Shown one piece after another: positions 26,017-36,520 of a stretch of 49,737 nucleotides of DNA. A program made the position numbers and the translations under genes. This DNA is from a virus (taxonomy: Duplodnaviria > Caudoviricetes). The notes under the pieces were generated by a model, which searched no databases, was not told where the DNA came from, and saw only the letters and a list, made by a program, of their open reading frames with translations. The stretch covers positions 1 through 49,737 of the IMG/VR virus record IMGVR_UViG_3300031453_000082, one strand, 5' to 3'. The first letter of the stretch is position 1, and each line of letters begins with the position of its first letter.

Positions 26017-26484
26017 ATGCAGAAGATTACGCTGGGCGGACGATCCTTTAAGCCGGTCACGCACTCGACCCTTGAGCATGACATCGCGACATGCGAGATG
26101 TTGCAGCGCATGGGCATGGCGGATCTGACGGCCAGAAGCGGAGAGACTGACCGGCAGTTGCAGGATCGCATTATGTCGGGGGTTGTCAAGAGCGGCGAAC
26201 TGCTTCCGCTGCTCGGCCACCTCATCATGCCCACAGCCAAAAATGAGTGGACACCGGAGATGGCGATCGAGACGGCGGTATTCCTCGGCGCACTCAAGAA
26301 CCCGAAGGATAAGGCCACGTTGCTGGGACTAATCGTAGAACTGGCCCTTTTTTTTTGCAAAGTCGCGCTCGGCTGCATACTGACTTCCCAGAAGTCTTTT
26401 CCGCTCGCGGCAGAAACCATAAACATGTTCCTGAGCGCGGGGCGCGTGAATACGGAGACTGGGGTCAGCTCCTGCGACGCGTAG
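26017..26484 (+). CDS. Tail assembly chaperone (gpG-like)
   Basis: Between tube and tape measure; contains a slippery CCC-T9 run. Confidence 0.7.
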   Translation: MQKITLGGRSFKPVTHSTLEHDIATCEMLQRMGMADLTARSGETDRQLQDRIMSGVVKSGELLPLLGHLIMPTAKNEWTPEMAIETAVFLGALKNPKDKATLLGLIVELALFFCKVALGCILTSQKSFPLAAETINMFLSAGRVNTETGVSSCDA

Positions 26485-26669
26485 CGGGATACGACTACGC
26501 CCGGATGCGCGGAGTTCTGAAGTGGCCGCTGCGCGAGGTTCTTCTTCGCTACGTCCACATGATCCGGGAAGAGGCTTTGGAGGCGTACAGGGTCGACCTG
26601 CTAGTGTGGGCAGCAAAATCAGCCTTTGGTGGCGGCAAGCCACCCAAAGTACCGGAACTCTTGAGGTAG
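26345..26669 (+). CDS. gpT-like extension reached by -1 ribosomal frameshift at CCCTTTTTTTTT (26345-26356)
   Basis: Nine-T run; the -1 frame stays open to 26669 (WPLREVLLRY...). Confidence 0.7.
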
Positions 26670-26672
26670 GAA

Positions 26673-27269
26673 ATGGGATCGAGCAAAAGGACTTGCGTAT
26701 CAATAGGCGACACCTTCGGCAGGCTCACCGTGCAGGCATTTTGCAGGGCTTTTGATGGCTCCCGCCAGTGCGTGTGCTCCTGCGTTTGTGGAGGCACCGC
26801 CACTGTCGCTGGCAAGGATATGCGAAGCGGCAACACGACCTCATGCGGCTGCTTGAGGCTGGAGAGGTTGCGCGCGACCTGCGTATCACATGGCGAACGC
26901 CATAGCGGAACTTATAACACGTGGTCCAACATGCACCAGCGGTGCACCAACCCCAAGCATCCGGCTTATGTGCACTACGGAGGACGAGGAATAAAGGTTG
27001 ATTCCAGATGGGAGGAGTTCGCGGGTTTCCTGAATGACATGGGCGGCCGACCCGCAACCCTCACTCTTGACCGCGTAGATGTGAACGGGGACTACACGAA
27101 AGCGAATTGCCGATGGACAGACTGGCATACGCAAGCTCGCAACCGCCGAAACAGCAGATTTGTCGAAGTTGGAGGCCAGCAGTTGAATCTTGTGGATGCG
27201 GCGCGCGCTATGGGAATCAGCCCAGGCGTTCTTCATGGCCGTCTGGCGCGGCAGGGAAGCGTGGCCTAG
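26673..27269 (+). CDS. Free-standing HNH homing endonuclease
   Basis: GDTFGRLTV, CVCSCVCG, TTSCGC, W.NM.QRC.NP, YGGRGIKV, LTLDRVDVNGDY...NCRW. Confidence 0.88.
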   Translation: MGSSKRTCVSIGDTFGRLTVQAFCRAFDGSRQCVCSCVCGGTATVAGKDMRSGNTTSCGCLRLERLRATCVSHGERHSGTYNTWSNMHQRCTNPKHPAYVHYGGRGIKVDSRWEEFAGFLNDMGGRPATLTLDRVDVNGDYTKANCRWTDWHTQARNRRNSRFVEVGGQQLNLVDAARAMGISPGVLHGRLARQGSVA

Positions 27270-27272
27270 GCG

Positions 27273-29984
27273 ATGGGCAGCTCCGCCAATACGCCGGATA
27301 TTCGTGTTCGCCTTACCGCCGATGGTGTGGCCGATGTAATTGCTGCTCTTGCTCGCGTCCGGGCCGAATCGCACAAGATCGATGGCGGGGGCGTCCATCT
27401 CCTAACGTCCGCGTTTGAGCAGTTGGGCGAAGTTCTTCCCGCTATCACGCTCGGTCTGGTGATTGAGCAAGTCGTTGAGATGGGCAAGCACGCTCTAGAG
27501 ACTGCCGAAAACCTATCGAAGCTGTCCCAGAAGACCGGAGTATCTGCCGGCACGCTGTCCGTCTTTGGGCTAGCGGCAAAAGAGACCGGAACGGAGATGG
27601 AGAAGGTCGACGTCGCACTGGTGAAACTGGCGAAGTCAACGGCGGATGCGGCGGATGGTGCCAAGAAGCCGCTGAAGGCTTTCCAAGATTTAGGCATTTC
27701 CGTGCAAGATCTTAAATCGAAGACGCCGGATCAGGTCCTGGTGGCTGTAGCTACAGGCCTGTCTCAGATCGAGTCCCCGGCCATGCGTGCTCAGGCTGCC
27801 GTCTCCCTTTTTGGAAAGGCGGGCGCACAGCTTATCCCGCTCTTCAACCAGATCGCTGAGGAAGGGTTTGGGTCGCTGGAGGAGAAGGCTAAACGGCTGG
27901 GCGTGTATCTGGGCGAAGACTTTGCGGAGAAGGCCCGCCTATCGAAGATTGCTGTAGCGGATCTGTCGGCTGCGGTTCAGGGCGCGGCAATGCAGTTCGT
28001 CAACGGCGCGATCCCGGCAGTGGACGGTTTGGCGGACGCGCTCTCTGTACTCGCGGGTGGCGGGGATGGCTTCTATCATCTTGGGCAAACCATCGGAGCG
28101 GGTGTGATCTACATCACAAGCGGCTTCGTGTCGCTGACGGAGCAGATCACCATTGCCGCGAACAGCTTTGATTTGTTCGCGAACAGGGGACGACTAGCGG
28201 TAGACCAAGTGCTCAGTGTGACCGCACTGACAGAGGCTGCGAGGGAAGCGGCTAGGACGAACTCAGCGAACGACGAAGCGCAGATCGCTAGCGATAAGAA
28301 CACCATCAACCAGGCGAAGGCGGATGCGGCAAAGGCTCAACGCGAACTGAGCGAGTCTTACGGAAACATCTACAAGGACCCAAAGAGCTACAAGCATCTC
28401 AACTTGGGCATCGCCCCGCCGGAGGGCAATGGGAAGGATAAGGATCAATCCGCCAAAGACGCTAACGCCCGCGCTGCCTACCTGCAGTCACTGGCGGACA
28501 ATGAACTGGCGATCAATAAAACAAAGAACCTGATCCAAGATGGGGAGGACAAGCGAGCCTACGCTGCCGGGCTCCTGAGTCTGGACCAATACTACGACGC
28601 CCGCGCCGCACGCCTCGCTACAACAGCGGCAGAGGAAGAGAGCGCTTTACGGCAGAAGGCCTCAGCCGCCGCTAATCTGCCTCAGCAGAACACCGAACAG
28701 CGATATAAGCGGCTGCAGGAATTGGCGAAGTTCCAAACGCAAATCGACGACAATGAGCTGAAATCACAGGGGGAGTTGCGTGCGAATGAAGAGGAGCGAT
28801 CCGCGGCGCGGATCGCCCAAGCCACAAAAGAGCTTGAAATCACAAGGACCCTGCAATCGGCAGCGGGACAGAAGGACGCCGCCGCTGAGACCGGGCTCAA
28901 GATTGAGATCAACAAATACGAAGAGCTGCTTGTAAAGCAAGGTTTGAGCACCAAAGAGATCAACAAGCAATCGGAAGCCTACCGTCGGCGCGGTCAGGCA
29001 AAGATCGACTACGACAAAACTCAGGAAGCAGCCGCTAAAGTTTCGGGCGACTACAGCGCCGCTGGCTCACTGGTCAACGCGCAGGTAGGCTCCGGGAGGA
29101 TTACCGGGTATCAGGGCGAAGTCGAGAAGCTGGCGATCCAGCAGGAAGAACTCGAAAAGCTAAAAGCAATTGGCGAGGAGATGACCCTGAATGCTATCGC
29201 TAGCGCAGACCCTGGGGCAATCGAGACGGCCAATCGATTCAATGATTCCCTTGTGGTCCAGGAGGAAAGCCTAAAGCATCTGACCACGGCTGCGGTAGAG
29301 TTCCGCAACGAACTCTCCACTACCGGTCGAGCGGCGCTTACCGGTTTCTTTGCGTCCATGATCGACGGGTCGAAGACCGCCTCGCAGTCGCTGGCTGACC
29401 TCGGAAAAGCCTTTGAGGGCATCGTTGCAAACATGGTCTCGCAATTGATTGTCTTCTATACTCTGGAGTCGTTGGTGGGATGGATCGCGCCTAACTCTGA
29501 TTTCGCGTCCAGCCTGAGCAGTGCCGGGCCGTTCGGCAAGTTCGCGGGGGGCGGATACACCGGCGATGTTCCCACGAACAAGGTAGCCGGAATCGTTCAT
29601 GGTCAGGAGTGGGTCTCCAGCGCGGAAACCACGAAAAAGTACAGGCCGATGCTGGAAGCCATGGCCGGCGGATCGATGCCCGCTACATCAACGGCGTCGG
29701 CGGTGCAGGCAGGTATGAATCTGGGAGCGGTGATGATACCTGCGACTGCCTTACAGACGGCATCGGCGGCGTCGGAGGCGGCGGCTGCATCCTCTGGTCC
29801 GCTGGTCGCGCTTACGGTTGAAAATCACACCGGCCAGCCCACCTCGCAGTCTAGTGCGCGTGGCTCGAATGGGCAGGAGATGATAAAGCTGGTGGTGGGC
29901 GCGGTTGCGACGAACATCGCGCAAGGCGGCGTAGTCGGAAAGCAGATCCAGACCACCTTTGGATCAGTCAGGCAGGGGCGATAG
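27273..29984 (+). CDS. Tail tape measure protein
   Basis: 903 aa, Ala-rich and helical; LSQKTGVS..., LFGKAG..LIP, FAGGGYTG...AGIVH..EWV. Confidence 0.92.
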   Translation: MGSSANTPDIRVRLTADGVADVIAALARVRAESHKIDGGGVHLLTSAFEQLGEVLPAITLGLVIEQVVEMGKHALETAENLSKLSQKTGVSAGTLSVFGLAAKETGTEMEKVDVALVKLAKSTADAADGAKKPLKAFQDLGISVQDLKSKTPDQVLVAVATGLSQIESPAMRAQAAVSLFGKAGAQLIPLFNQIAEEGFGSLEEKAKRLGVYLGEDFAEKARLSKIAVADLSAAVQGAAMQFVNGAIPAVDGLADALSVLAGGGDGFYHLGQTIGAGVIYITSGFVSLTEQITIAANSFDLFANRGRLAVDQVLSVTALTEAAREAARTNSANDEAQIASDKNTINQAKADAAKAQRELSESYGNIYKDPKSYKHLNLGIAPPEGNGKDKDQSAKDANARAAYLQSLADNELAINKTKNLIQDGEDKRAYAAGLLSLDQYYDARAARLATTAAEEESALRQKASAAANLPQQNTEQRYKRLQELAKFQTQIDDNELKSQGELRANEEERSAARIAQATKELEITRTLQSAAGQKDAAAETGLKIEINKYEELLVKQGLSTKEINKQSEAYRRRGQAKIDYDKTQEAAAKVSGDYSAAGSLVNAQVGSGRITGYQGEVEKLAIQQEELEKLKAIGEEMTLNAIASADPGAIETANRFNDSLVVQEESLKHLTTAAVEFRNELSTTGRAALTGFFASMIDGSKTASQSLADLGKAFEGIVANMVSQLIVFYTLESLVGWIAPNSDFASSLSSAGPFGKFAGGGYTGDVPTNKVAGIVHGQEWVSSAETTKKYRPMLEAMAGGSMPATSTASAVQAGMNLGAVMIPATALQTASAASEAAAASSGPLVALTVENHTGQPTSQSSARGSNGQEMIKLVVGAVATNIAQGGVVGKQIQTTFGSVRQGR

Positions 29985-30350
29985 ATGGCGAACTTCTCGT
30001 GGCCGGAGGAACTACCTAAAACACCTTTCTCGGATGGCGTGCCGGATTACAAGCCTACCGATAACACCATCCGAACCAGCACCGGAGCGGGTCCGCATAA
30101 GCTGCGCCGCCGATTCACCGCAGTGCCGGAAGATGTCACGCTGCAGCTCATATTGACCGAGGATCAGATGCAGGTGCTCTTCGATTTCGCCAAGAGTTCA
30201 TTGGGCGAGGTGGGCCCGTTTGATTGGGTGGACTTCCGCACGGGCAACCCTGCGACGTACCGCTTCAAGGCGGGGTACTCGTCGATCAAACAGAAGTGGT
30301 TCGCTGGCGACATGTGGACCATTGACATCGACCTGGAACTCCTTCCATGA
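29985..30350 (+). CDS. Distal tail protein (gpM-like)
   Basis: WP..LP...IRT....GP.KLRRRFT. Confidence 0.75.
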   Translation: MANFSWPEELPKTPFSDGVPDYKPTDNTIRTSTGAGPHKLRRRFTAVPEDVTLQLILTEDQMQVLFDFAKSSLGEVGPFDWVDFRTGNPATYRFKAGYSSIKQKWFAGDMWTIDIDLELLP

Positions 30351-30829
30351 GGGTCGTCAGCCCAGCCGCGCTCCGCGCAATGCTCGCTCAGGAGACGGCC
30401 GAAGTCTTACTCGCGGCGATCACCATCTCGCACGCCTCGTTCGAGGCTCCGTACATGCTCGTCTGCGATCAGGTTCCTCTGACGCGTGCGGCGGGTGTGT
30501 TTGAGCCTTTCGCCTTCGATCTTCAACTGCCTAATGAGCAGGATGATCAGGTTCCGCAAGTGACGCTCACCATCGACAACGTCGACAGCAAGATCCTCAA
30601 GGCAATCCGGACCCTTCCTCCCGGAGCTCGGCCTACCGTGTTGCTGGAAGTGGTCTTAGCGTCTTCCCCGGATACCGTCGAGTGCGGGCCCTACGAGTTC
30701 TCGATCCTTGCCGTCGATTATGACGTCGGCCAGATTCGCGGGACGCTGGGCTTCGAAGACGATTTGCTGAACACCACTATCCCGGCTCAGACTTATACGC
30801 CGTCGAACTCGCCTGGGTTGTTCCTCTAA
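30347..30829 (+). CDS. Minor tail protein (DUF1833/gpL-like)
   Basis: ITISH, F.PFAF...LP, LTIDNV, VLASSPDTVE, YTP...PGLF. Confidence 0.8.
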   Translation: MRVVSPAALRAMLAQETAEVLLAAITISHASFEAPYMLVCDQVPLTRAAGVFEPFAFDLQLPNEQDDQVPQVTLTIDNVDSKILKAIRTLPPGARPTVLLEVVLASSPDTVECGPYEFSILAVDYDVGQIRGTLGFEDDLLNTTIPAQTYTPSNSPGLFL

Positions 30830-31224
30830 TGATGGCCCCCGGCTGGTGCCTCCAATACGTCGGTCTCCCCTTCGGAGACAAGGGGCGAGGCCCTACCTAC
30901 GATTGCTGGGGAATTGTCCGGGAAGTGCTGAGGCGCGAGCGCGGCCTAGATCTGCCGGACTACACGGGCGAGTATGCGAGTTCAGGGGATCGCATCTCGG
31001 TATCCGCCGCCGTGACGGAAGGGTGCAGGAGTTGGACAAAAGTGCAGGCGGCGCAGGTGTTCGACGTGGCGATCCTCCGCCTTGCTGGCCGTCCGTGGCA
31101 CTGTGGGCTAGTGGTGGCGGACGATTGGATGCTGCACACGCTGAGCGGCGTCGGCTCTGTCCTAGAGCGGCTGTCTTCGCCAGTGTGGCGCAACCGGATC
31201 GAGGGGTTCTACCGCCATGAGTAG
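30829..31224 (+). CDS. NlpC/P60 tail-assembly protein (gpK-like)
   Basis: YVGLPF...GR...DCWGIV, HCGL, MLH. Confidence 0.88.
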   Translation: MMAPGWCLQYVGLPFGDKGRGPTYDCWGIVREVLRRERGLDLPDYTGEYASSGDRISVSAAVTEGCRSWTKVQAAQVFDVAILRLAGRPWHCGLVVADDWMLHTLSGVGSVLERLSSPVWRNRIEGFYRHE

Positions 31225-33703
31225 CGTTATCGTTCTGGCTAGGCCTCACCCGCTGCACACGGACCTCGTGCGTTGCGACTTTCCTGTGGGCTCAAGCATC
31301 GCGGAGATGGTTGGCGAGGCGAGGTTATGCCGCGTAGAAGTCGGCGGCATGACGATTCCTGAAGAGTGGTGGCCGCGCATCCGCCCGCACGCTGGTATCG
31401 CGGTGCACATCACTCGGTACCCGCAAGGCGGCTCTGTAAAGTCGATCCTCCGCATCGTCGCCTTCGCCGCCCTTGCTGTAGGCGTGATTGCGATCACTGG
31501 CGGTGCGGCGGCTATCGGGCTGCCGGGGCTGCTTGGCGGGAGTCTTGGGACACTGTTCGCAGCTGGAAGCATATCGGCTGGTCTGTTGGCGGCGGGCGTG
31601 GGTCTAATCGGTTCGCTCGTCATCAATGCGCTCATCCCGCCAGCAGCTCCGGGGGGGAACTTAAACACCCAGAGCACGGATACCCTTCGAAGCATCACAG
31701 GAAGTTCGAATCAGGCCAATCGCTTTGGGGTCATCCCGTGCGTGGTCGGCGTCATGAAGATGTTCCCCCCGTACGCTGCGCAGCCCTGGACCGAGCTCTT
31801 GGGTGACGACCAGTACCTGCGCTGCTTATTCGATGGAGGGTCCGGCAACGTCCTGCTCTCTGATATGAAGATCGGCAACAGCGACTTGGCGACCTACGCC
31901 GCCGTGCAGACCGAGGTAGGCACCTCGCCGGGCCTGTTCTCCCAAGACGTTGCAGAGGCAGGCGTGGGTGTGGAGATGGACACCGATGGGCTGGTGACTT
32001 TGCGGACCAGTGGGACGGCGGCGGACGAATTGTCACTCGACCTCGTATTTCCCTCTGGGCTGTTTGGTATCGATAGCAACGGCAACTCCACCCGCCTCAC
32101 ATGCCAACTGGCGGTCGAGTACGCACCGACTGGCACGACCTCATTCTTGCCAGCTGCTCACGCCTCGCAATTCTCGATCAGCGAAGCTCCAGCCTATCCC
32201 AACGGCGACGGCACAATCACTGCCGACAACTCGGCCCGGAAAGCGGTTAGGATCGGAATGCAATGGAAAGTCCCGAACGGTCAGTATGACGTGCGGGTCA
32301 CCCGGATACACACCAACATCGGCTCGACCGCCTCTGGGAATGCGGTGAGCGCGCTGAACTGGACTGTGCTCCGAACCATCCGCTACACCGCCGCTTCGCA
32401 TACGCAGACGACGAAAGTCGCGTTGCGGATCAAGGCGACCGACCAACTCAACGGGACAATAAGCCAATTCAATTTCATCGGGGCGCAAACCATCCCGACG
32501 TGGAACGGTACCGCCTGGGTTGATGCTGTGACCGAGAACTGCGCCTGGGTCTACCGCTGGCTGCTGAAGGACTGCCCCGCCAACCCTCGGCCTGTCGACC
32601 CCGCACGTATCGATGATGAGGCCCTGATTGAGTGGGCTGCGGAGTGCAAGGAGAAGGAGTTTACCTTCTCGACCGTGCTCGACCAGCCGACGACCATCTT
32701 CGCGCTGCTGCAAAACGTGTGCGCCGCGGGGCGCGCGAGCTTCAACGTCAAGGACGGCAAGTATTCGGTGGTCCGGGATGTGGCGCAGGATGTTCCGGTC
32801 CAAATCTTCACTCCCCGAAACAGCGATGCGTTCACAGGTTCGCGGGCCTTTCCAGACCAAATCCATGCGCTCCGAGTGCAGTTCACCAACCCCGCGGCTG
32901 ACTACCAGCAGGACGAGCGCATCGTCTACGACGACGGTTTTGGCGATGCCGTGATGGTTGCCGCCAACCCCTCGCTGCGGCTTGCAAAGAAATTCGAGAC
33001 CTACCCGATTGTCGGGTGCACGAACGCAAACGCAGCATGGCGGTTGGGGCGGTATCACATGGCCTGCCTCCGCCTCCGCCCAAACACGTGCCACTGGACG
33101 GCGGACATCGAAAACCTCGTATGCTCGCGTGGGGATCTGGTCTACGTGGCCAACGACATCATCGCGGTTGGGCTTGCCTGGGGGCGGATCAAGTCCACAA
33201 CCGTCGCGGCAGGTCTGGTAACGGAGATCCAGACCGACGAGGCGGTGGTCTTCGAAGACGGCACGGCCTACGCGGTTTGGATTCGCAGGCAGGACGGCTC
33301 CTCCGCAACTTCCGTGGTGACCAGCACAGTCTATGGCGAGGTGCGACAGATGGTCCTCTCGACGCCACTCGCAGGAATCTCAGGAGGTGACCTCTTTACC
33401 TTCGGCATACGCGAGCAGGAAATCTTGCCTATGATCATCACAAAGATCGAGCCGTCTCAGGACCTTGCTGCCAAACTGACAGCCGTCGATGCTTCCTCTG
33501 CTGTTCTCGCCGCCGACGCCGGGCCGGTTCCGGCATGGTCCTCGTCAATCACCGGACAGCCCTACCTGGACACTCCAGAGCCGCCATCTGGGCTAATGGT
33601 CAATTCGCCGCAAGCCATCGCCACGCCTGACGATGCGGGAAACACGACCGCTATTGTCTCGATCACCGTGCTCCAATCGTCACGCATCTTAAGGGTGGCG
33701 TAA
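31217..33703 (+). CDS. Tail tip/host-specificity protein (gpI-like N-terminus fused to gpJ-like hub)
   Basis: SITG..NQA...G.IP, LVFPSGL, GQYDVRV.R, IKATDQLNG, FTPRNS..F. Confidence 0.88.
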   Translation: MSSVIVLARPHPLHTDLVRCDFPVGSSIAEMVGEARLCRVEVGGMTIPEEWWPRIRPHAGIAVHITRYPQGGSVKSILRIVAFAALAVGVIAITGGAAAIGLPGLLGGSLGTLFAAGSISAGLLAAGVGLIGSLVINALIPPAAPGGNLNTQSTDTLRSITGSSNQANRFGVIPCVVGVMKMFPPYAAQPWTELLGDDQYLRCLFDGGSGNVLLSDMKIGNSDLATYAAVQTEVGTSPGLFSQDVAEAGVGVEMDTDGLVTLRTSGTAADELSLDLVFPSGLFGIDSNGNSTRLTCQLAVEYAPTGTTSFLPAAHASQFSISEAPAYPNGDGTITADNSARKAVRIGMQWKVPNGQYDVRVTRIHTNIGSTASGNAVSALNWTVLRTIRYTAASHTQTTKVALRIKATDQLNGTISQFNFIGAQTIPTWNGTAWVDAVTENCAWVYRWLLKDCPANPRPVDPARIDDEALIEWAAECKEKEFTFSTVLDQPTTIFALLQNVCAAGRASFNVKDGKYSVVRDVAQDVPVQIFTPRNSDAFTGSRAFPDQIHALRVQFTNPAADYQQDERIVYDDGFGDAVMVAANPSLRLAKKFETYPIVGCTNANAAWRLGRYHMACLRLRPNTCHWTADIENLVCSRGDLVYVANDIIAVGLAWGRIKSTTVAAGLVTEIQTDEAVVFEDGTAYAVWIRRQDGSSATSVVTSTVYGEVRQMVLSTPLAGISGGDLFTFGIREQEILPMIITKIEPSQDLAAKLTAVDASSAVLAADAGPVPAWSSSITGQPYLDTPEPPSGLMVNSPQAIATPDDAGNTTAIVSITVLQSSRILRVA

Positions 33704-34261
33704 ATGATAAAGATTGATCACATCCAGGTCCGTTACCGTCGTCTTTCCCCGGCAGGATCGTGGACCTACATTGACATTCCCCAGTCCCAAGGATCGATCC
33801 AGGTAAACGGATTTCAGCGCGGCCAGAACTACCAGTTTGAGGCGAGATCAGTGGCCGCGTCCGGGGCGGTGAGTGCTTGGGTGCAGCAGAATCACACAGT
33901 AGCTGGCACGTCGCTGGGGCCGCTCATGCCGATCACGCTAGCCGCTTATCCATCTGCTGATGGAGTGTTGCTCACATGGACACTGGTAGGTCAGCAGCGC
34001 GCCGACGTGTACTACCAAGTGCAGCGCAGCACCGTCAGCCCAGCGTATGTCTGGGAAACCATCGCCTCACCGAGCGATACCTACTTCACCGAGATCACCC
34101 GCGAGACGATCCAAAAGTGGTACAGGGTGCGTTCGCTGGATTATGCGGGGCTGGCATCGAGCTATTCGGCTATCGCTACAGCCACGTACAGCACAACCGC
34201 ACCCACGAATGAGCCGCAGCCGGATCGTCCTCCATCGCAATCTGGGCCGCAGCCGCTGTAG
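33704..34261 (+). CDS. Tandem fibronectin type III-like protein (separate J C-terminal part)
   Basis: QVRYR...W, G.NYQFEARSV...SAW; V.LTW...YQVQRS, WYRVRS. Confidence 0.7.
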   Translation: MIKIDHIQVRYRRLSPAGSWTYIDIPQSQGSIQVNGFQRGQNYQFEARSVAASGAVSAWVQQNHTVAGTSLGPLMPITLAAYPSADGVLLTWTLVGQQRADVYYQVQRSTVSPAYVWETIASPSDTYFTEITRETIQKWYRVRSLDYAGLASSYSAIATATYSTTAPTNEPQPDRPPSQSGPQPL

Positions 34262-34265
34262 GCTA

Positions 34266-34312
34266 GTCTTCCAAGAAAAGACCTTATATCGTGCACTCGT
34301 TTTTGCCATAAC
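34266..34312 (+). promoter_or_regulatory. Copy 2 of the 44-bp promoter-like element; probably yields leaderless mRNA
   Basis: 42/44 match to 19356-19399; TGC-CATAAC ends 6 nt before ATG 34319; no SD. Confidence 0.7.
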
Positions 34313-34318
34313 TAGGGC

Positions 34319-36520
34319 ATGACCGTTCGCCCAGTGCTGTTGATGGCTGTCGCTTTCTGCGCCACTGCGCTCGCGCAAGTCCCTACGGTCAGCGTCAGAA
34401 CGTCCACCGGCTGCATCTCCGATCTGGGCCAAACGCGTATCGCCAGCGGCACCTTCGCGCTCCTGGCGACAGATGGGAACGACGGTGCCGTCCCCGTTGG
34501 CGGTGGTGGGTTTCAGGCGACAGCGGAACCGACCACGCGCCAGATCACGAACGGCAGCATCCCCGCGATCTCGATTGCGAACCCGGCTCTAAGCTCACCC
34601 TCCCCGGTCTTTCGTATTACGATCACAAATAACGCCACTCGCAAGCTCACGACCTATCGCAAGGTCGGTATCGCCGTCTCGACGGGCACGTCGACATGGG
34701 ACTGGTGCGCCTTCCAACCCGGCACCGTATTGCCCGCGATCGCTGCCAACTATGTCTACGGTCCGAAGGGAGACAAGGGAGACGCGGGCGTATCCGGCAC
34801 TTCTGCCGTAGTCACGTCGAACGGCACAAATGGTGCGTTCTCGGTCCCCGGCGTTCTGACTGCGGGCAGCGTGAAGGCGATATTCAATTCCTACCCCGGT
34901 GTCATCCTGTCAGGCGACTCCATCACGGCGGGGGACGGCGCTTCCGACTACGCCAATGCCCCCCCTTATCGGTGCGTGGCCAATTGCTATGCCCAACTGA
35001 TGAAGTCGGACTACGGCGGCACGTTTATGAATGACGCATTCCCCGGCGACGAAGCGGCGGATATGAACCGCAAGATCTTTGCGGAGCTCGCCCCTACGGA
35101 CAGCCGGAACCCCCTAGCAGTCGCCATGATTGGGACCAATGAGGCCCACCGCTATCCGGGCAACACGGATGTTCAGGTGAAGTACACGCTGACCAACACG
35201 GCGAGCTTCGCTTGGCGGACGATCCCACGCAGTCGAATGGTCTGGGGTCAGCAAAGCGCTTGCACCGGGTTCACACCTGACAATTCTCTCCAATCGGGAC
35301 TAGCGGTCGCAAGCTCCACCAATGGCTCCTGCAGCTTCAGCCTCACCACGAACGGCGCGCCCCTCGTTATGGCGTGGCGGATCATCGATGGCCAGACCGG
35401 ATCGGCTAATTTGTCCTGCGATGGTGGCGGCATCACGGACAGCTACAGCACATCCATCGCGGGCGGCGTTGCGACGACGAACGGGGCTACTCATGCGGTG
35501 GCGGCTCGTTACTACCCCACGCCAGCGGGCACCCACTCTTGCCAACTAACGAGCACAGGCTACTTCTCGTTCGTTTTCGCCGGTTCGCCCGACACCACCT
35601 TGACTCAGGTAGGGGCTCCACGCCTAGTGGTGGCTGGAGTTCTGCGTGAACTGGATGACGCATCTGCCGCGTCCACGGCTGTGTACAACACCCTTCAGCA
35701 AAACCTAGTTACGGGCATGGCCCTTGCGGGCTTTCACATCGCGTTTGCCGATGTGCGGTCGTATGTCAATGCGACCACGGATTATGCGGGCAGCTCCGAT
35801 CCCGGTGAGCACCCTAACGATACGGGGCATAGACATCTTCGGGACTGCATGGAGTTTGCGGCCTTCCCCTCGTTTTCTGGTGCGTCTGTCACCTCCTCCA
35901 CATCGCCGAATTTCGCTACAGCTACCCCGGCCAACGTGGCGTCGTACCCAAATACCAACCCTGCAAACTACGCCAGTCCTACAGCCCTGGATGGTGGCAT
36001 TAACGTTTACTCGTCCGTAAGCGGTGGTGCTCATTTCGGGTTGCAGCTCGGCAACTTTGTCCCGTTCGATATTCCGGGATCGCCAGCCTACTTTTCGACG
36101 GAACTATATGCCTCTGGCAACGACGTAATCAGCTTCGCGTTTTACCCCGGCGCGGGCACGCCGACAGCGCAGTCGAACTTTACGCGCGGCAGCTACTTTA
36201 ACCCATTAGGCCTGCACACCCAATCGCTCACGCTGAACGGTACGTCTACGCTGCGGGCCGTCGACACACTCACCGCCACTGATTCGACTCCCCCGGTAAT
36301 TGCGCCGCAGTCGTGCATGGACCACGCCCTTGCCGTTCCGGGCATGGTGGCGCTTGAGAACCTAAACTCTCCCGCTATCAGCGGAACGCCAATCGGGAAT
36401 CTCTCGCTGCTAAGTTTTGCTTCCAGCGTTGCAAATCAGGTCATTCTCCACTTTTGCAACCCGACTGCGGTTGCGGTTACGGCACCAGCCGACACCTACA
36501 CATGGATAGGCCTGCGATGA
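34319..36520 (+). CDS. Signal-peptide-bearing tail-spike-like protein with SGNH/GDSL esterase domain
   Basis: MTVRPVLLMAVAFCATALA|Q signal; collagen-like GPKGDKGDAG; GDSIT, GTNE and DPGEHPN SGNH blocks. Confidence 0.75.
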   Translation: MTVRPVLLMAVAFCATALAQVPTVSVRTSTGCISDLGQTRIASGTFALLATDGNDGAVPVGGGGFQATAEPTTRQITNGSIPAISIANPALSSPSPVFRITITNNATRKLTTYRKVGIAVSTGTSTWDWCAFQPGTVLPAIAANYVYGPKGDKGDAGVSGTSAVVTSNGTNGAFSVPGVLTAGSVKAIFNSYPGVILSGDSITAGDGASDYANAPPYRCVANCYAQLMKSDYGGTFMNDAFPGDEAADMNRKIFAELAPTDSRNPLAVAMIGTNEAHRYPGNTDVQVKYTLTNTASFAWRTIPRSRMVWGQQSACTGFTPDNSLQSGLAVASSTNGSCSFSLTTNGAPLVMAWRIIDGQTGSANLSCDGGGITDSYSTSIAGGVATTNGATHAVAARYYPTPAGTHSCQLTSTGYFSFVFAGSPDTTLTQVGAPRLVVAGVLRELDDASAASTAVYNTLQQNLVTGMALAGFHIAFADVRSYVNATTDYAGSSDPGEHPNDTGHRHLRDCMEFAAFPSFSGASVTSSTSPNFATATPANVASYPNTNPANYASPTALDGGINVYSSVSGGAHFGLQLGNFVPFDIPGSPAYFSTELYASGNDVISFAFYPGAGTPTAQSNFTRGSYFNPLGLHTQSLTLNGTSTLRAVDTLTATDSTPPVIAPQSCMDHALAVPGMVALENLNSPAISGTPIGNLSLLSFASSVANQVILHFCNPTAVAVTAPADTYTWIGLR

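Noticed and set aside
19591-33390. Numerous long antisense or off-frame ORFs across structural genes
   Set aside because: Typical of GC-rich coding DNA; no motifs or RBS, and they fully overlap well-supported genes
34290-34307. Sigma54 promoter in the repeated element (GTGCAC...TTGC)
   Set aside because: Lacks the invariant GG at -24 with correct spacing in both copies
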